DNA of 64,000 bases. It comes from Gnetum montanum (taxonomy: Eukaryota; Plantae; Gnetophyta). Below are positions 26,847 through 39,385 of this stretch, in pieces. The notes below the pieces were generated by a model. It ran no database searches and was not told the DNA's origin. It worked only from the letters and a program-made list of their open reading frames with translations. Made by a program: the position numbers and the translations under genes. How positions within the stretch are numbered: the first letter of the stretch is position 1; every line of letters starts with the position of its first letter. Location: positions 361,621 to 425,620 of the forward strand of contig MNCI01002993.1 of assembly GCA_015680685.1 (NCBI GenBank), read 5' to 3'.

Positions 26847-27959
26847 TATTGACCTTTTGGTATGTCAAAACATTAAGAAAAATTGAGCACAAAGATGTTT
26901 GTGTGTTTGTGTGGTTGTTATGTTTTTAGAACTTGGATTAAGACAAGAAGACATGTGGAAGTTCAAGAACATGGACAAGGAACAAAGACTTCAAAGCTTA
27001 GAAGAAAGCCTTAGCATTGAAGAGTTATTTTCAGAGAAGATGTCTTGTAGAAATAGTAGACATCTCCAAGGAAAAGAAGACATATTAGTAGAATTGAAGG
27101 CAACATAGGAGAAGACGTCTCTAAAAAATAGTAAATGCCTTTCTAGAGAGAAGGATAGCTTTTAAGAGAAGAAGATGTCTTTGCAGAATGATGGTCTAAA
27201 GTAGAAAGACATCTTAGACTTGAAGAAGACATCTCTCTAGAATGAAGGTTCATTATAGAAAGATGTCTCTATCTTAGAGAAGACAACTGTGACTATTAAC
27301 TAGCCATTTTATGGATTTCAAAGTGATTTTAAAATCATATTGACTATAAGAAAACTTCATTCTCATTGGGCGAAGAGAAAGCATTGTGTACTTTCTTTAT
27401 ATTCATAGAGAAATCATTGTAATAATTGTTGTTCCTCATTGTACAATCTTTTGTCTATTTTAATTGATCAAAGTGAGATGTACCTCAAAGTGCAAGGATC
27501 AACAAGCCTAGTTGCATTATTTTCTTATGATTGTTGTTCTCTATTGTTGCCTTGAAGGGTTGATGTACTTCTTGTAGGAAGGCATCTTACTTGAGGTTGT
27601 TAGGAACCTATGGGATTAAGTGTTGGTATAGCACCACAGCACTTTGGAGTAGAGCTTAAATTGTAAAGGTTGTAGGATCCTAGAAACCACATTCTAAGCT
27701 TGTTAGGACCTTGTGGGGTTGAGTGGATTCATAGCATCAAATCACTCCATTGTAGAGCTTAGAGCTTGTACAGGGTGTGGTACCCTTCAAATAACATTTG
27801 AGAGTAATAAAGTCTAGAGGTGTGCTTGTGAATGACCTTCCAAGTGTGGACTATCCAGGTTGGAGAAACATGTTAATTTTGGTGTGCACTTTACTTCAAA
27901 GAATTTTTTTTATTTTGGGAACATATTCATCCCTCCCCTTATAAGTTCAACAATCCTCA
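26847..27959 (+). repeat. Nested solo LTR of a related copia subfamily
   Basis: tattgaccttttggtatgtcaaaa...atattcatccctcccctt...cctca. Flanks ttaac / ttagc form a TSD with 1 mismatch. Confidence 0.75.
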
Positions 27960-27989
27960 TTAGCACCTTAAGAGTGAACAATAAAAGGA

Positions 27990-29450
27990 ACATCTTACAC
28001 TAAGCAACCAATGTTCAATGGAATTGACTTTGCATAATTGAAGCCTAGAATGGAAGGATTATTCAAATGCATGAAGTTATATGTCTAGAAATCCATTCTT
28101 GAAGGTTACATGTCACCCATAGATAGCACCACAAGAGCTACCAAGCCAAGAAGCAAATGGATTCAAGATGAAAAAGATAAGCTCATGTTGAAGTCAAAAG
28201 AAGAAAATTATCTTTATTATTCTTTGAGTAAATTTGAATTTAATAGAGTAGCTAGATGCAAAATCACAAAAGAAATTTGGAAAACACCAGAGACAACATA
28301 TGAAGGTACATCTATTGTGAAACAATTGAAAATTCTATTATTAGAAAGTGAATATGATAAACTCAAAATCAAAGAAGGAGGGATAATCAAGGATTATTTC
28401 TCTAAAGCTAATGATATAGTTATAGCCATTTCCGGGATAGAAGAATATTTACCTAAAATAAATGCAATTGTTAAAATGATTAGAACTTTGCATCCTGAGT
28501 TTAGACCAAAAGTTATAGCCATGGAGGTAATAAGATATTTATCATTTCTAAAATTTGAAGAACTTCAAATTGCACTCATTGGTTATGAGATGAATCTCAT
28601 TGATGAAGGTGCTATAAAAAAATTCCATTACTCTAAAAATTTCATTAAAGGAGAAGAATCCACCTAAACATGAAGTGAATAGTGAAGATGAATTGGCTCT
28701 ATTGTCTAGGAGAGTTCAAAGATTACTTGCATGAAAGGGTAAGGGTTTTAATGAATACAACATCAAAGGTAAGGAAAGAGGTAAGAATATTAAAAGTTTA
28801 AATCTTGATACATTCTCTATAGGATGTTGGATTTGTTATGGTAGAGGCCATGTGATCTTTTTATTTCTAAGTGTTCGTAATTTTATAAGGAAGGATCAAT
28901 CCAAAGATGATACGAAAAAGAAAAATATTTATACAAGCTAGGATGATGAGAAAAGTGAGGAGAAACTAGATGATATGATAGTAGGTTCAAATATTATGTG
29001 CATGGCTCTTACACATGAAAATTCTATATAAGTCCTTGAAAAATGTAATGGTAAATATGATGAAAGATATAGTGGATTTTATGAGGAAATTGTTACTCTA
29101 CATTATTTACTTAAAAAATAAAGAAAAATAATGCATAGAAAAGAGAATGAAATTTTTGAAATCTATAGTATATTCTCCACTCTAAAAAGAGAACTCTCAT
29201 ATGTAAAAGGTAACATTCAATTACTAACTTATTTATATGAGAAGAAGTGTAGAGATAAACAAGATGCAAGGACTACAAAAAATTAGGAAGTGCCTCAAAA
29301 TTAGCAAAACAACAAAGATTTAAAAGAGAAATAAGACCATCTTTGATTATCCTATCCAAATTAGAAATACCCTATATTTTTTTGTAAAGTATGTGGACAT
29401 GAACAAGGTTACTATCATCCACCTATAGAGCAAAATAATGTTGCTACTTG
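27990..29450 (+). pseudogene. Copia gag (UBN2-type) with CCHC remnants
   Basis: ORF 28110-28667 reads EFNRVARCKITKEIWKTPETTYEGTSIVKQLKI...KMIRTLHPEFRPKVIAME. CWICYGRGH at ~28824. Confidence 0.9.
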
Positions 29451-32400
29451 GTCTTGTTAAGGGAAGTCTAGTAAGTGTAACTTTTAGGGTACAAAACATT
29501 TGAGAACCAATGAATAAGAGGAAGGAATGATCTCTAGTAAAATTAAAGAATTAGTACCCATAACTAGGAAAAATTATTAGCCCTCTCATTTTGAAGAACA
29601 TGAGCATGAAAAAGTAGCAATCTCACATGAGTTTGAAAATTCAAACCAAGGTGCTAATGAAAGAAAAGGTAAGGAACAATTACATACTAACAAGGTACTC
29701 AATGATGGAGGAACTCACCTCAAACTTCATTAATCATGTTCATGTTAGAAAGAAAGCAAGGTAAGTAATGATAATTCTTTATTCCTTCTCTTACTAGACT
29801 TAATGTAGATTAGTTTATGTTTATAAATGATTAGAAATTAGGAAATTAATGAAATGGATGCTATTGAAAATCTTTGATTATCCAAAGAAAATCTCACTTA
29901 ACATTACAAGATGTTGAGCTGTAGATGATAGCATACGACCATCAAAATTTTAGTAAATATTGATGAGAATTGTCTCAAGAGAGAATCAAGGTACAAAAAC
30001 TCACAAGGTAGGATCTAGTAAGTTTACATCATCTCACTACTATTAGAACATATATACCTTGAGATACAACTCATATGATGTAGATATTATGGTTATTGTT
30101 GGGTTGTAATATGTTTTGAAATATTTTTGATGAATATTGACAAATCAATTTTTGGGTCCTTAACTAGTATGTAATGCTTTCAATTGGTTCATGGATCTTG
30201 ACTAAAATTCATAAATCTTTTAAGAAAGATCAATGTAGAGCTTTTCATTGAAAGGAAAATTATTGTGCTATGATGGTATATTTTGCTAAAAATTTTGGTA
30301 TTTATAATCTATTAAAGGAACTAATATTGAGAGACTTTATGTTTAAAAGTCTCCATACTTGATCTTAGTATGGCATTACAGATTTATTAATATTGATTAG
30401 ATTCAAGGATGCATCTCTATAAAGGAAAGGTGAAAAAAGGAAGGAAATTAAAATAGTAGATGCATTGCAAAAGTTGGAAGAAAATTTGCAATTATGTAGG
30501 GGAAACCTGTACCTCATCAATAGTCATTATCTTTTGGACCACTAGTGTAGAGGGAGTCTTCATATACTCTCATCAAAAGACATTCAAGTTTCAATACATC
30601 CAATTCTAGAACCCAATGTAGAAAATGAAAAAAAAAAAGATTTTTTCATGATTGAATTTCCTAAAGTATATAAGGTAACAATGTAAGTTAATTTTGGTCA
30701 AATGATTTTTGATCCTTTAGCTAAAGATGGCCTTTATTGGTGTTGATATTTAAGATTGATATGGTTGTATCAAATTGTTTTATTAGCATTATTTTAAGGA
30801 TATGATTGGTTATGCTTGATATTTTTTAGTATTCTAAGATTGTGTTTTTTTGAATATTTTTATGAATTTTGAATCTAAGGTCTTCAAAAAACATGTGCTA
30901 TTTCATTCACCTTTGAAATGAAATCTACTTGTAGTACCCTTTTGATGATGTCCAAAAAGAAGGAAAAGATGTTTTTCATAAGATCTTAAGATATCTGTAT
31001 TGGATATATGGTGAAGACTATTACTATTTGTTAATACTATGCTATTATTATGGATATATTCTTCATAATCATAAATCTTGTCCTATAAAGTAAATAGTGA
31101 TTTTATTACTAAGGACTTATGGTCCATAATTTTAGATGTAGGATGCTTGATCTTCAATGCTCAGCCTTTGGTCCTAAATAGAAATATTATAGATTCATAT
31201 TTGAAAGGATATAATTATGTCTCTTTGTGTTTAAATGGTTCAAGATATTTTTTTATACCTTTGAAACCTATGTTGAAGGAAGTGTACTTATGAATGGCTA
31301 TGCATCTCTTTGTCATCCTTCGTTAGATATATATTTAGAAAAAGTTTGTACTTTTAATTTTGGCTGAGAGGCCAACTCATGTCATAGGATAGGGGGGGAG
31401 GGGGGAGGGGGGAGTGGATTTTTCACCCTCCAAGTCGCACCCTCCACATCATGTGCCACCTAAGATCCCATGAAATAGGAAAAAACATGAATCAAAGAGC
31501 CATACCTTTTCATATTCCCATTGCACAGAATGTGAACTAAAGAGTCATAGCTTTTCATATTCCCGCTACACACATAAAAAGGCCAAACATAATCAAATGT
31601 AGAATGGGAATGGGAATGGGAATGAGAATTCCATTTCCATTCTATATCTTTCTTTATTTGCAACTATTGTTGTAGGCCACCTAGCCCAACCAAACCAACT
31701 TTGATGATGCTAGCTTTGGAGCTCCACTAGAGTGCTTGAAAGGCACCTACGATGGTGGCCCATGCTTCAACTGAAATAACAAGCTCATCGACATGTGCTT
31801 CTTCAACCAAGGTAGCAATAAGGTAATAGGCCAGTCAACCCTTGCCTCATCCTCACTTAACACCGAGGGCCACGACATGCACATGTCATCAATAATTTCT
31901 GACAATGCCATGGTTGATGTCAATGTGCTTGGCCAGCCAAAGACACTACCTAAGACATGGCTTGGCTTGCATGGATTGCCATCTACAACATCTGGTGGGA
32001 CTGTGACTACTTTAGCTCTAACATCCTTGTGGCCATGGATGCCACTCTATTTGACGGCATTGACTTGATTTTGCTCTCACTTGGTGATAATGTATAGCAG
32101 TACTACAGCAACAGCATCACCATTGGCACCTTCATTGCTGCAGTCCACTACCACGTCTTTGTTGCTTACCCGATCGAAAAATCCAGACACAATGCTAACA
32201 TCACCTCAAATCTCATGCCTTGGATCATGACCATTGTTGCTAGCACCCTTGACCATGACTTCCTAGCCATCACGGTGCTCGCTTATGGCAGCGAGTATGC
32301 TGGAACCTCACTCTACTCTAGGGAACTACTACTAGAAGATCCAAATCTCACACTCATCTATGCTATAAACAATAGCCTCGATGGCAATAGAAATGTGAAC

Positions 32401-34076
32401 TTCTACACCTGTGGTAGCTTAGACCCTGAAAGTAGAGGAAGTGTGAATCATAATAAAATTTTTGTTATAATAGCTAAAAGATCCCTTCATTTAGGTTTCT
32501 TTTTTTGGATAAAATTTATATATGAATTAGGCCAATATGTTTCTTGAGTATCTTTGTTTGAATGTATGTTTTAAGCATAAAATTTTGCAGGCAGGGGTAG
32601 GATGAGGGGTAGAGCCAGAGACATTTGAGGAAGGATAGTAATGGCTATAGTTGAAGTTGTAGCCTAAAGGGAAGGGTCTGCTAAAGTTTCTGTGTCAACA
32701 ATAGCCTTTGGTTATTGGAATCTTTTTCTAGAAACAAAATTTTTGCTAGTCTTTTTATTTGTATTTTTGTTAATTTTTTATAGTGAATTGTAACATGTTG
32801 AACATTACATTTTGATTATTTTGTGTAATTTTCATAGTTTCACTTCAATTTGAGCTCTTCTGTCATTAGTACTTAGCATGCTTTCCTATACATTTGCATT
32901 CCCAATGCAAAAACAGGGAATTCTAAAATTGTAATTTTCTACTACTATCTTGAGTAATCTTTTTTTTCTACACCCTTTTTCAATGTAAAGGAACATTTGT
33001 AAGTTCATTTTCTCTTTATCTCTTTGTATATTTTGTGTAGGCTTTATCATTTCTATGGTTTTTCTTTAAAATTCAACAGTTACCATGGAGTAGATGCATT
33101 CAGTTGTTACAATTGTGATTGATTTTTCGTTTGCAATATGCATTTTAATAAAATGAAAAAGCATTAGCATTTTTGCTAGCACATGAAAATTATTAGCCAA
33201 TTTGAGGTGTCAGCCTGACTTTGGTCATAATTTTAACAATCTTTCCTGCTTATTGGGAGGAGTTAAAGCATGCAAATTTGATAATTTCTTCTTACCTTAT
33301 CGGATGCAATGAGGACTTTTCTTTATGTACATATTCTTTGATTGATGGAATCTAATGGATGATATGGTTGTTAACCTAGTAAATTTTAAAAATGAGAACT
33401 TCTGCACCTTTGGCAACCTAGACCCCAGTAAGATAATGTTGTGATGATCCTAGCCAATGCCAAGGAAAATGATGATGAGCTCTCCACCAATGCACATGTC
33501 TTGCCATAATCATAAATAATCAATTATTTAGAAATCTCCCTTAGCCAAAGAGTCATTGCAAAGGAGCCAATGATTATATTTATCTCGGTTATTTATAATC
33601 TCAATTATATATAATCATAAACACAAATGATTATTTATAATCATTTCATTATATATATCTTATGGAAAAAGCTAACCGAGATACAATCATTATGGGTTAG
33701 CATTATGAATGAATAAATAATATCTCTAACATTATGGATTATGAGTAATATTTCATCATATTTTGGCTTTATTTATTATGAAATGTTTACTGTTCAAATG
33801 AATCTTATAATCCATAATATCTCAAATTATAATTATGGATTATTTCTCTAATTATAATAATCTCATAACATTTATTGGATTCCACAATAATTATAATATA
33901 ATAATTATGAATAAGGTGTTAGCATCATTCATATCTTGTCCATTATGACAATAATGTCAATATACAAAAGCTCGTGATATAATAATAACATTATTTATGC
34001 ATTTTTAACCTGATTTTTTATATTTCCACAAACAAATATGCATTACAAATATATGTTGCAGTGCCAATTTAATTTG

Positions 34077-34328
34077 ATCTCTTTGTATTCCTTCACGTGC
34101 ATGCACCACATGCATGGGAGCTAAAGAATCAGTGTAGGAGAGTTGAATCTCTACTCAATTAATGTTCCCTAATCCTTGAGCTTCCCATTCATCTCTTTGT
34201 ATTTCTTCACATGTACACAGCACATGCAAGGAAGCCAAAGAGTCACTGCAGAGGAGCCAAATCTCTATTCAATTGATGCCCCCTAACCCTTGGGCTCCCC
34301 ATTCATCTCTTTGTATTCCCTTATGTGT
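34077..34328. repeat. Tandem duplication, ~114 bp unit x ~2.2
   Basis: atctctttgtatt at ~34078, 34191 and 34305 with colinear unit similarity. Confidence 0.8.
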
Positions 34329-34719
34329 AGGGCTCGACGTGGGTAATAATGAATATTTATTATTATAAATGGTAGGTAATATTGAATATTTATCATTATT
34401 ATAAATAGTGATGGTTATGATTACAATAATAATGAATATTTATTATTATTATAAACAGTGACGATTATGGTTATAGTGATGGTTACGATCATGGCAACGG
34501 TTAAGGTGATGATGATTACAGTGTGATGCAGTATTTAAAAATATTAAACTTAGGCATCATGTTACAAGATTAAGCAATGTAATATTGGAATTCATGCATT
34601 TTTAGAAACATGGATCCTACTGCTATTATTCCCAATAGAGAAGGTGAAGAACACTCTCTTCAAGATTAGCAACAACAACCATCTACTACAACAAGTAGTG
34701 CAACAACTATATATTGCAA

Positions 34720-35190
34720 CAAGTAATGAAATCTCTACTTATATGTGAAGGTGCAAAGGTAATGCTTACAGTTAACCTTTGTCTTGAAGAAGGATTGTTG
34801 AATGGTGCACTTGGCATGATTCACTATATTATGTATCCTTAAGGTAAATAGCCATCTGCATTACCATTATACATTATTTTTTATTTTGACTCCTACATTG
34901 GATGTGCCTTTGATAATGGTAATCCCCATCATATGCCAATTGTACTTGTGGTACAAGGAGCATCTCATTAGTCACCATTACGGTTAGCATGGGCCATGAC
35001 TATTCATAAATCTCAAGGAATGACACTAGATAAGGATACTATTAATGTTTTTTGCATTATCTGGAGTCAAGACCATTGATTCTTTAAAGATTCATCCTCC
35101 TTTTCATGTGCAAAGATATAGAAAGATTTCAGATGCTAAACATCTCCAAAGTAGAATTGCACAAGAAGTTCATTTTGCTCAGTTGGAGAA
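34720..35190 (+). pseudogene. PIF1-family helicase C-terminal fragment, probably from a Helitron-like DNA transposon
   Basis: LLICEGAKVMLTVNLCLEEGLLNGALGMI and PLRLAWAMTIHKSQGMTLDK are PIF1 signature motifs. Contains stops. Confidence 0.85.
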
Positions 35191-36194
35191 TTAGGCATAT
35201 TGAGTTCACACTTATCATTGTATTTTTCCTTTTACTCAATCCTATTATACAACTCTGTAATGTTTTGGGGGTGTAACCCAGGGCTCTGAGTTATGGTTCA
35301 TGAAATGCATAAAGATGGCTGAGTTTACTTGGGCATGATACGAGGCTGGAGATGGAAAGGTTTGATAATATGGGGGTGAATCAGGTGTTGGTGAGTATTC
35401 AGCGGAATAAGAACAGGATGGCTGGTCGAGGATGGATGGAGTGTTGGGTGGAGTAGCCATGGCAATGGTGATAATATAGCTATAAACTGGAAATGAAATA
35501 ACACAACACGATCGCAATTTGAAGGAATAAACTTGCAGTTGGTTTGTGTGATACAAACACTGTTTTGCAGTCTCGTGATGAGAGCTGATTACTTCGTAAG
35601 AGAAGTAGATCCTCTAGTGCGTACGCTATGCAGCGTCCCCATTAGAGTTAGTGAGTAGTAGTTAAGTCTATAAGCTTTCGATGTGCTATGCGGCACCGCT
35701 CGTGAAAGTTCTCATGTTCTTGATTTCTGCAATCATGTTGTGTTATTTCATTTCCAGTTTATAGCTATATTATCACCATTTCCATGGCTACTCCACCCAA
35801 CACTCCATCCATCCTCGACCAGCCATCCTATTCTTATTCCGCTGAATACTCACCAACACCTGATTCACCTCCATATTATCACACCTTTCCATCTCCAGCC
35901 TCGTATCATGCCCAAGTAAACTCAGCCATCTTTATGCATTTCAAGGAATGACACTAGATAAGGATACTATTAATGTTTTTTGCATTATCTGGAGTCAAGA
36001 CCATTGATTCTTTAAAGATTCATCCTCCTTTTCATGTGCAAAGATATAGAAAGATTTCAGATGCTAAACATCTCCAAAGTAAAATTGCACAAGAAGTTCA
36101 TTTTGCTCAGTTGGAGAATTAGGCATATTGAGTTCACACTTATCATTGTATTTTTCCTTTTGCTCAATCCTATTATACAACTCTGTAATGTTTT
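35011..36194. repeat. Duplication-inversion: direct repeats 35011-35264 / 35941-36194 flanking inverted repeats ~35301-35516 / ~35729-35943
   Basis: Near-identical copies read directly from the sequence. Confidence 0.9.
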
Positions 36195-36382
36195 TTGCAA
36201 TAATTGTGCAATGTATTCCTTCATCAACATATATGAAATATATATACTTTTATTTTAACCAAGTTATGTTTACTAGTATATATTTTTTGGAATGCAAATA
36301 GTGATGATAACTTAAAAAATAAAAAAAATAATTAAATTCTACTCATAGCCCACAAAACCACTCCACTAGCTCATATATATAT

Positions 36383-36767
36383 AAATTGGCCAAGATTATT
36401 TAAAAAACAAATGATGTTAACCAAGCCCAACTACTAGACAAGGTAACAAGATAACTAAAAATGGAATCACTCATCCCTCTTTTTCTTTACCACTTACCTA
36501 ATTTAGTTTTACCCTCTTGGTCATGTTTGCTCTTTCTTTGTTTGTTCATGGCATTTTTGAGAAATAAATCTCTTGCATAAATAATGCTCAAAAATGCCAT
36601 GAACAAAGAAAGAAAGAGAAAACCTGACTAAGAGGGTAAAACTAAATTGGGTATGTGGTAGAGAAATAGAGGAGGGATGAATGATTCCATTTTTAGTTAT
36701 CTTGTTACCTCGTCTAGTAGTCGGGCTTGGTTAACATCATTTTTTTTAAAATCATCTCGACCAATTT
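36383..36767. mobile_element. Foldback MITE-like element in a (TA)n tract
   Basis: ~180 bp inverted arms (36383-36561 / 36587-36767), ~25 nt loop, TA runs on both sides. Confidence 0.85.
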
Positions 36768-36854
36768 CTTGATATATATATATCTAAGCTAGTTGTTTAA
36801 TCATATGATATTATAAAATATGCTAACCCACTTTCTCAAGTTTTGGACATTACC

Positions 36855-38015
36855 AAAAAGGGAAAGATTGTTGACCTTTTGATATATCAAAATCTTAAAA
36901 AATGGAGAATGTGAAAAATGTCTTTCTTTGATCTTGTAGGTCTAACAAAGAACAAGATAAGATGATGATGGGATCATAACAAGAGCTTATTTGTGTAAGG
37001 ATAAGTACTCCATGAATTTGAGACAAGAGCTTCATGGTTCCAAGATGAGAGCTATGTTGAGATGACAAGAAGTATCAACTAGGATGAAATATTTCAAGGA
37101 TACATGAAGCCTACAAGCTAAAAGAAGATGTTTTAGTATCTATCTAGACATCCTAGAAAATCAACACATGTCGTAGAGTTGAAGATTTAGTTTTAAGCTA
37201 GATGTTCCAAGAAAACAACAAATATCTCAATTGTTGTTGGGACATCTAAGTTAGGATGTCCCAAGTGAGACATTTGAATTTTTAGTGGGATGTCCCACCT
37301 ATAAGTAGCCTTTTTTTAGCAAGACATCCAAATCTTGAATAGGAAGCTCCAACTATTCATTTTCTAGCCATTGCATAAATTTCAAGGAATATTTGGAAAG
37401 TAAAAGGCTGTAAAATAGAGTGGAATTCTTGTGAAAATGAAAAGCACTATACAAGTACTATACATTCGAATATTAATTATTTTTATCAAGTGATTGTTGT
37501 GTTATTTAATTTTTTTATCATTTTTGAATTAATTTTTATGTAAGCTCAAATTACAAAAAAATCTTAAAGTTATTTACTCTCTCTTCTTGATTCTTTTTCT
37601 CCCTTTGTAGCCTTGTGGGATTAATGTGCTTCTTGAAAGAAGGCATTTTATGAGCTTGTTGAAACATTATGAGGCTAAGTGTGTTTATAATGAGAAAAAA
37701 ATTTGTGTAGAGATTACATCATTGTAAAGGTTGTAGAATTCTTAAAACCACATTTTGAGCTTGTTGGGACCTTGAGGGCTTGAGTGTATTTCTAGTGAGA
37801 AAATACTCCGAGTAGAGCTCAAAAATTATATGGGTTGTGGTTATCTTTAAACCACTTTTTGAAGGAACAATGTCCAAAGGTACGTAAGGATTCTACTCTC
37901 TGAGTGTGAATATACCCATGTCAGGGAACCATGTAAATTTATGTGCAGTTTTGGTTGTCTTGGTTGTTCAAATTTGGAAACTTATTCAACCCCTTGTCTA
38001 AGTTCTTGATCCTTA
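36855..38015 (+). repeat. PPT and 3' LTR of the copia element
   Basis: aaaaagggaaaga-t-tgttgacc (LTR from 36869), colinear with the 5' LTR, followed by the TSD. Confidence 0.85.
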
Positions 38016-39089
38016 TAACTCTCACAACCTCACATTGCTTGAAGTTTTCTATGGTTGTATGAGTCATGGATAAGTTTTGGTCATTCCTTAGAAATCCTCT
38101 AAGATGTACCTTATACTTGCAAAAAAGAAAAAAAGAAAAACAATGCATCAAAAGAGTTAAAATTGAATAATCTTAAACTAAAAAAATGAACAAAGATAAT
38201 AATTTAGAATCAAACTTACAGTTCTAGTAGGTAGATAGTCCCTAGATGATTTTGAAAGAGTGTTTTTATTCTATGACCTATCATCAATGTATTCTCAAAA
38301 TTATACTATGAATACATAGGTGTTTTCTAGATTTGAGACAAACGCCTAACTCCTACTAAAAACAAACTTTCATTATGCTCTATATCTCTTTGAGTGTCGG
38401 GATCATCCAATATGAACTACAGCATATGGGTAAAAGATTCTACCAAGAGGGTCTATGTGATGATTGAGGCAAGATCTACCTCCAATTGTGATCACATAAT
38501 CACACTATAGTTGTAGAGCAAATATGCTAGGAATTCTCTTGAACCAAGTCTAAACCATATCAGAATATGTCTACAAATGGATATATCTAGTATTAGCCTC
38601 TTTTGTGTGACCTTCTTGGTGTAACAAAAGATTCCCACTAGCTCCACAATTATAAAATTAGATTTTAGCAAGGTCCTATACATAGCCAAAACTCATAATC
38701 ATTAGAACATAGAAAGACATAGAAACATTATAACAAAAAATTTAATAAAATTAAGATCAAAATAACCTCTGTAATAACAAAATTAACAACAAATCTAAAA
38801 CATAAAAAATAACCAAGTGTACCAATGCAACTACCTTCACAATATAAACCAAAATCTATCCCTTGCACTTCATGTAACGTAGCAAAAACCAATATAATAT
38901 TTTCAAAAATAGTTAGCCTATAAAACCTTAGAATAAACATTTTACAAATCCTTGACATGAACACTAATATTTGACATGGTTCGAGGCCAAGAATGATATC
39001 TCTAGGATCTAATCAATGGAATTTTTCATGAATTAGTGATCAAATAGTTTAAATAAGCCCAAAAATTTGACATGTTGGAAAAGTATAAC

Positions 39090-39385
39090 CAAGAAGTATA
39101 GGATTTCTTGGTTCTTGTAGCCTACACGCTGTCACATATCTTTCAAAAATGCCTAAAAAATTATTAAACATTGAATTAATAACTTTGATAAGTACTACAT
39201 GTTGGCCACAACACTTGAAAATTTCTGCAAAAATCACAAATAACCAGGAAGTATAGGGTATATTGGTTCTTGTAGCCTACATGTTGCCACATCTCTTTCC
39301 AAAATGCTTGAAAACTTCTTAAACATTGAATTAATAAGTTTTATAAGTACTAAATGTTGGCCAAAACACTTGAAAAATTCCAGAA
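39090..39385. repeat. ~150 bp tandem duplication in intron 1 of the antisense gene
   Basis: ggttcttgtagcctaca...taaacattgaattaataa...tgttggcca..acacttgaaaa occurs twice. Confidence 0.8.

Larger units (their letters stand above)
25683..38015 (+). mobile_element. SIRE/Maximus-like Ty1/copia element, gag only (no recognisable pol), 5-bp TSD taact
   Basis: LTRs at 25683-26804 and 36869-38015. TSD taact at 25678-25682 and 38016-38020. Met PBS, copia gag and PPT present. Confidence 0.85.
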
